A DNA stretch of 29,193 nucleotides. It comes from a virus. Lineage: Duplodnaviria; Caudoviricetes. Position 1 is the first letter of the stretch, and each line of letters starts with the position of its first letter. The notes below the pieces were generated by a model. That model was not told the DNA's origin. It saw nothing but the letters and a program-made list of their open reading frames with translations, and made no database searches. The stretch covers positions 1 through 29,193 of IMG/VR virus record IMGVR_UViG_3300037851_000166, one strand, 5' to 3'. The position numbers and the translations under genes are program-made. Positions 25,788 through 29,193 of the stretch are shown here, piece after piece.

Positions 25788-26912
25788 ATGGGAAAGAGAT
25801 ACATCGGAATCAATGTGTTCGACAACGCCCTGCTCCGCCTCGTCAAGCTGTACGAGGACGGCCACCGTGTAATCGTCTGCTTTTCCGGCGGCAAGGATTC
25901 CGACTGTTGCCTCGAATTGGCTATTATGGCGGCGACGCAGACCGGGCGGTTGCCGGTCGAGGTCGTGATGAGGGACGAGGAAATAATGTTTCCCGGCACT
26001 TACGAGTACGCCGAAAGGGTGATGAACCGCCCGGAAGTCAAGTTCTACTGGCTGATAGCCGGACAGCCTATCATCAACGCCTTCAACCGGGCAATGCCCT
26101 ACTGGTGGGTGTTCGACCCGTTGGAGAAGGACAAGTGGCTTCGCCCCTTCCCCGATTGGGCGATAAAGATACCTGAACTGAACATCGACCACCTCGTTAC
26201 GAAAGGGCGTTTTCCGCCGCCGGAAGGCAAGGAACTGTTCAAGGTCATCGGTTTGAGGACGCAGGAGAGCCTCAACCGCAAGCGGGGGCTTGCCTCAAGC
26301 GGCGACTGGCTGACGAAGCCGAACAGCTTGGGGGTGCGGGCGGCGAGGCCGATATTCGACTGGACGGATTCCGATGTCTGGAAGGCTCACCGGGATTTCC
26401 AATGGGACTACAACAAGGCCTACGATGTAATGCGCCGGTTCGGTTTCAAGGCGAGGGAACTTCGGATTGCCCCGCCGACGCTTGAAGCCGGTCTGAACGC
26501 CCTGAAAACAGCCGCCGCCGCTTGGCCGGACTGGTTCAGGAAGCTGTCGAACCGTCTGCCGGGCATACGCTCGGCGGCGCAGTTCGGCGTTCACGCCGTC
26601 CGTCCCGTCAGGAAGCTCGGAGAGGATTGGGAACATTGCTGTACTCGTTCCTTGAAGGAATCGCCGGACTGGATAAGGGAACGGGGCGAAATCATAGTCA
26701 GGCGGGTCGTGGCGCACCACCGGGCGCACAGCACAATGCCTTTCCCGCAGTCCGACCGCTGTTTCAGTTGCGTAATCGGAAGCTGGAAGAAGCTGGCGGA
26801 AATCGTGTACACCGGCGACCCCTTCTGTATGAAGCAGGGCTATGTGCCGTACATCGAACCCGAATTCTTCCGCCCCGGCGCAGGCGTTTGGGGCGGAAAG
26901 CCGCAATTCTGA
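25788..26912 (+). CDS. PAPS-reductase-family PP-loop protein (IbrA/YbdN-like)
   Basis: CFSGGKDS PP-loop, RDEE, IGLRTQESLNR, PIFDWTDSDVW, YNKAYD. Confidence 0.9.
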   Translation: MGKRYIGINVFDNALLRLVKLYEDGHRVIVCFSGGKDSDCCLELAIMAATQTGRLPVEVVMRDEEIMFPGTYEYAERVMNRPEVKFYWLIAGQPIINAFNRAMPYWWVFDPLEKDKWLRPFPDWAIKIPELNIDHLVTKGRFPPPEGKELFKVIGLRTQESLNRKRGLASSGDWLTKPNSLGVRAARPIFDWTDSDVWKAHRDFQWDYNKAYDVMRRFGFKARELRIAPPTLEAGLNALKTAAAAWPDWFRKLSNRLPGIRSAAQFGVHAVRPVRKLGEDWEHCCTRSLKESPDWIRERGEIIVRRVVAHHRAHSTMPFPQSDRCFSCVIGSWKKLAEIVYTGDPFCMKQGYVPYIEPEFFRPGAGVWGGKPQF

Positions 26913-26917
26913 CATTT

Positions 26918-27190
26918 ATGTTCAGCGTAAAAATCGAGATTAACGGCGACCCGCTAATCACGGTCAACGCCGTCAACAAGCAACCGGGGTGCGGGGCGTA
27001 CCCCTGCCCCTGCCGGGACAAGCCGCACAAGTACAAGGCCACCTACATCGAGCATAACGCCACAACCGGCGAGGTCGAGGCGGAACGCCCCTTCACGGTC
27101 AGCCATATCCGTAGCGAGGGGGCGGCGGCTCTGGCCTCGTCGCTGATAAGGGCGGCGGAGAAGGTACATAACTCAATCCATAAGCGTTAA
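26918..27190 (+). CDS. Hypothetical protein
   Basis: ATG at 26918; VKIEING...HIRSEGAAALA. Confidence 0.72.
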   Translation: MFSVKIEINGDPLITVNAVNKQPGCGAYPCPCRDKPHKYKATYIEHNATTGEVEAERPFTVSHIRSEGAAALASSLIRAAEKVHNSIHKR

Positions 27191-27202
27191 CCGAACAGCC
27201 GT

Positions 27203-27976
27203 ATGAGCGACGAAAAGGCGAAAGCCCCGAAAATCAAGGTTGACAAGGTTTTCAACAAGCTGGAAGAGCTTAAAATCGAGATAGTCCCCTGCGAATCGGT
27301 CAAGCCCAACGAGTACAACCCGAACCGGCAAGACCCGGAAACCTTCGACTTGCTCTGTAAGTCGATTACCGAGGACGGTTTCACGCAACCTATCGTCGTT
27401 CAGGCCGAAACCCGAATCATCGTGGACGGCGAACACCGCTGGCGGGCGGCGCAGGCTCTCGGTATGGCCACGATTCCCGTGGTGTTCGTCAATATGACCG
27501 AGGCGCAACGCCGAATCGCCACCTTGCGCCACAACCGGGCGAGGGGCAACGAACTGGTTGACCTTACCGCCTCGGTTATGCGGGACTTGGAAAAGCTCGG
27601 CTGTATTGACATAGCCAAGGATTCGCTCGGCCTCGACGACATCGAGATTGAGCGTATGTTGAAGGACATACCCGTTACGGAGGAACTCGGCACAGCCCCG
27701 GAATTTTCCGAAAGCTGGTTGCCGGACAAGATGAAGGGCGGCGGTATGGAAACGCACTCTACCGAGGAAGCCCGCCGGGTCGAGTTTATGCGGGAAGATA
27801 AGCTGTCCAAGGCCAAGTCCGAGGAAGAAAAGGAAATGATTCGCAAGGAAAACAACATCTTCCGCGTCGCCTTCGTCTATACCGGCGAGGAAGCGAAAAT
27901 CGTCAAGGAGGCGTTGGGGCGGGAATCCGCCGCTTCCGTCCTGCTCGGCCTCTGTAAGCAGAAGCTCGGCCTATGA
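27203..27976 (+). CDS. ParB/Srx-domain protein (IbrB/YbdM-like)
   Basis: PNEYNPN, SITEDGFTQPIVV, IVDGEHRW, ATLRHNRARG. Confidence 0.92.
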   Translation: MSDEKAKAPKIKVDKVFNKLEELKIEIVPCESVKPNEYNPNRQDPETFDLLCKSITEDGFTQPIVVQAETRIIVDGEHRWRAAQALGMATIPVVFVNMTEAQRRIATLRHNRARGNELVDLTASVMRDLEKLGCIDIAKDSLGLDDIEIERMLKDIPVTEELGTAPEFSESWLPDKMKGGGMETHSTEEARRVEFMREDKLSKAKSEEEKEMIRKENNIFRVAFVYTGEEAKIVKEALGRESAASVLLGLCKQKLGL

Positions 27977-28194
27977 GCAAGCCGACGTCCCCGCCGCCGA
28001 GGGTCAAGCTGATTGACAGGGGCTTCACGCTCGGCGCTCACAGCTTCCTTCTTTGCGGCGGCGAAGATTTGAAGCCCGGCGACATCGTGCGCCACACCGT
28101 CGAGGGCGTAGTGGCTTCCGTCGAGAAATGGAAAGGCGACAGTTGCCCCACCGTCAGCATTAACATAACGAGGAAATCTTGGAATAGAATATGA
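27973..28194 (+). CDS. Hypothetical protein
   Basis: ATGA overlaps at both ends. Confidence 0.65.
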   Translation: MSKPTSPPPRVKLIDRGFTLGAHSFLLCGGEDLKPGDIVRHTVEGVVASVEKWKGDSCPTVSINITRKSWNRI

Positions 28195-28358
28195 CCGTCC
28201 AGCAACTCAAAGACCTGTTGGGGAACGCCGACCCCGGCGATATCGTGGTGGTTGACACGGGCGAGGACTGCCCTGCCTGTCAATCACGCCCGGAAGTCGT
28301 CGGCGTTGCGTTCAGGGACGGCGGCGAAGCCGTCTGCCGCCTTCTGATAAGCGACTGA
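28191..28358 (+). CDS. Small hypothetical protein (55 aa, absent from the ORF track)
   Basis: MTVQQLKDLLGNADPGDIVVV...CPAC. Confidence 0.68.
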   Translation: MTVQQLKDLLGNADPGDIVVVDTGEDCPACQSRPEVVGVAFRDGGEAVCRLLISD

Positions 28359-28362
28359 CCAT

Positions 28363-28632
28363 ATGACCGTAGCCTCAAAATCCGCCTTCGACCTTACAAT
28401 CCTTCCGCTTGCGGTCGGGCTTAACATCGGCCTAATCGTCGGCGCAATCGGGCAGTTCCAGCCGGGATTCACGATGGGCTGGCGGCACGCCTACACGCTC
28501 GTATTCTTCATAGCCCTTTTCGGAATCTCCGCCGCCCTGTACTTGAAAGGCTGGCAGAGAATCAGGCGGGTCGAGGACAAGCGGGCGGAACTCGAATCAA
28601 GGCTGACCGCCGCCCTTTCCGCCAAGCGTTGA
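28363..28632 (+). CDS. Two-TM membrane protein
   Basis: Two hydrophobic helices and a charged tail. Confidence 0.7.
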   Translation: MTVASKSAFDLTILPLAVGLNIGLIVGAIGQFQPGFTMGWRHAYTLVFFIALFGISAALYLKGWQRIRRVEDKRAELESRLTAALSAKR

Positions 28633-28637
28633 GGCAT

Positions 28638-28949
28638 ATGCGTATCAACATTACCGTCTATTCCTGCGACCAATGCGGGGCGGTACTCGATTCCGGCACT
28701 CCGTCGGGTACGAGGAAGGCTCACCTTTCGTTGAGCTTCACGACCGCAACGCCTTCCGGCTTGGCAGTCCCCGGCGAAAACGGCGGCAAATGGGCGGTTG
28801 CCAGCCCGCAACTGACCGGGTACAGGCAGTTCTGTAACCCCGCCTGCCTGTCCCGTTATATATCCAAGCTCATATACGGGGACGAGAACGCCTTCGCCGG
28901 GACGAAACCGCAAAAGAACCGGCAAACGAGAAAAAGGGCAAAAGCATAG
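28638..28949 (+). CDS. Zn-finger hypothetical protein
   Basis: YSCDQCG...QFCNPACL; ATG at 28638. Confidence 0.7.
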   Translation: MRINITVYSCDQCGAVLDSGTPSGTRKAHLSLSFTTATPSGLAVPGENGGKWAVASPQLTGYRQFCNPACLSRYISKLIYGDENAFAGTKPQKNRQTRKRAKA

Positions 28950-29063
28950 TGTTCAAGCGGAAATCCGAGTGTCGCAAAACAAATGAACAGGGCGGTTAAC
29001 GGCGTTGAACGGGGGCTTTCTTGGCGGTTTGTCTAAGTTATATAGTGGACAAACAGGTTGTCT

Positions 29064-29193
29064 ATGGACTACTCAAAGGAACAGGAAGGCCAATTCGTAG
29101 AGAAGATAAGGGCGATTCAGATATTGAGGCCGACCGCTTCTTTGGTTCAGATTCAGGACGCATTTCACAAGGACAACATACACCTGTCAATCC
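29064..29193 (+). CDS. 3'-truncated ORF, possibly terminase small subunit
   Basis: MDYSKEQEGQFVEKIRAIQILRP... open to the window end; function guessed from position only. Confidence 0.45.
   Translation, partial: MDYSKEQEGQFVEKIRAIQILRPTASLVQIQDAFHKDNIHLSI

Larger units (their letters stand above)
1..29193 (+). mobile_element. Tailed phage/prophage genome segment (HK97-type capsid, non-contractile tail)
   Basis: Co-oriented head, connector, tail, lysis, early and DNA-metabolism modules in canonical order; no host housekeeping genes and no sheath gene seen. Confidence 0.96.

Noticed and set aside
25788-26912. cysH auxiliary sulfur-assimilation gene
   Set aside because: Longer than CysH, lacks the C-terminal ECGLH motif, and is paired with a ParB-like gene.
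364-27858. Many long minus-strand ORFs (for example 2605-3570, 8908-9732, 21018-21938, 22431-23261)
   Set aside because: They shadow well-supported + strand genes, have no recognisable motifs, and are expected from GC-rich codon bias.
27203-27976. ParB as a plasmid-prophage partition system
   Set aside because: No ParA or HTH seen; the RHNRARG motif and PP-loop neighbour indicate the IbrB/YbdM type.

Overview
The whole window is part of one tailed dsDNA phage or prophage with siphovirus-type organisation; every credible gene is on the + strand. It opens inside the minor head (SPP1 gp7/Mu F-like) gene. Two large fibre/spike-like genes sit in the head module, followed by an HK97-type protease and major capsid, connector and tail genes, a chaperone with a probable -1 frameshift, a short tape measure, hub and fibre genes, and a lysis cassette (C39-like peptidase between two membrane proteins). 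A control region at about 15.96-16.45 kb has back-to-back sigma70-like promoters. After it come small early genes (Cys-rich microproteins, a minimal nucleotidyltransferase, DUF6166, DUF3846, RlpA-like, PD-(D/E)XK nuclease, putative annealing protein), a structured non-coding block, DUF5659, RusA-like and a methyltransferase/PAPS-reductase-like/ParB-like module. No integrase, repressor, initiator, helicase, primase or polymerase is recognisable in the window. The most striking signals are: (1) an oriC-like element at 23711-23835 (DnaA-box-like 9-mers, a GC cluster, DnaA-trio-like repeats and an AT-rich tract); (2) a nested RNA structure with two UUCG tetraloops at 23319-23502; (3) a U at -1 of the start codon in 52 of 53 assigned starts, with no consistent Shine-Dalgarno; (4) apparent purging of GATC, CATG and TGCA; (5) two genes broken by single-base lesions. 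A Patescibacteria (CPR)-like host is a guess from these traits. All family assignments are by motif recognition, not database search.
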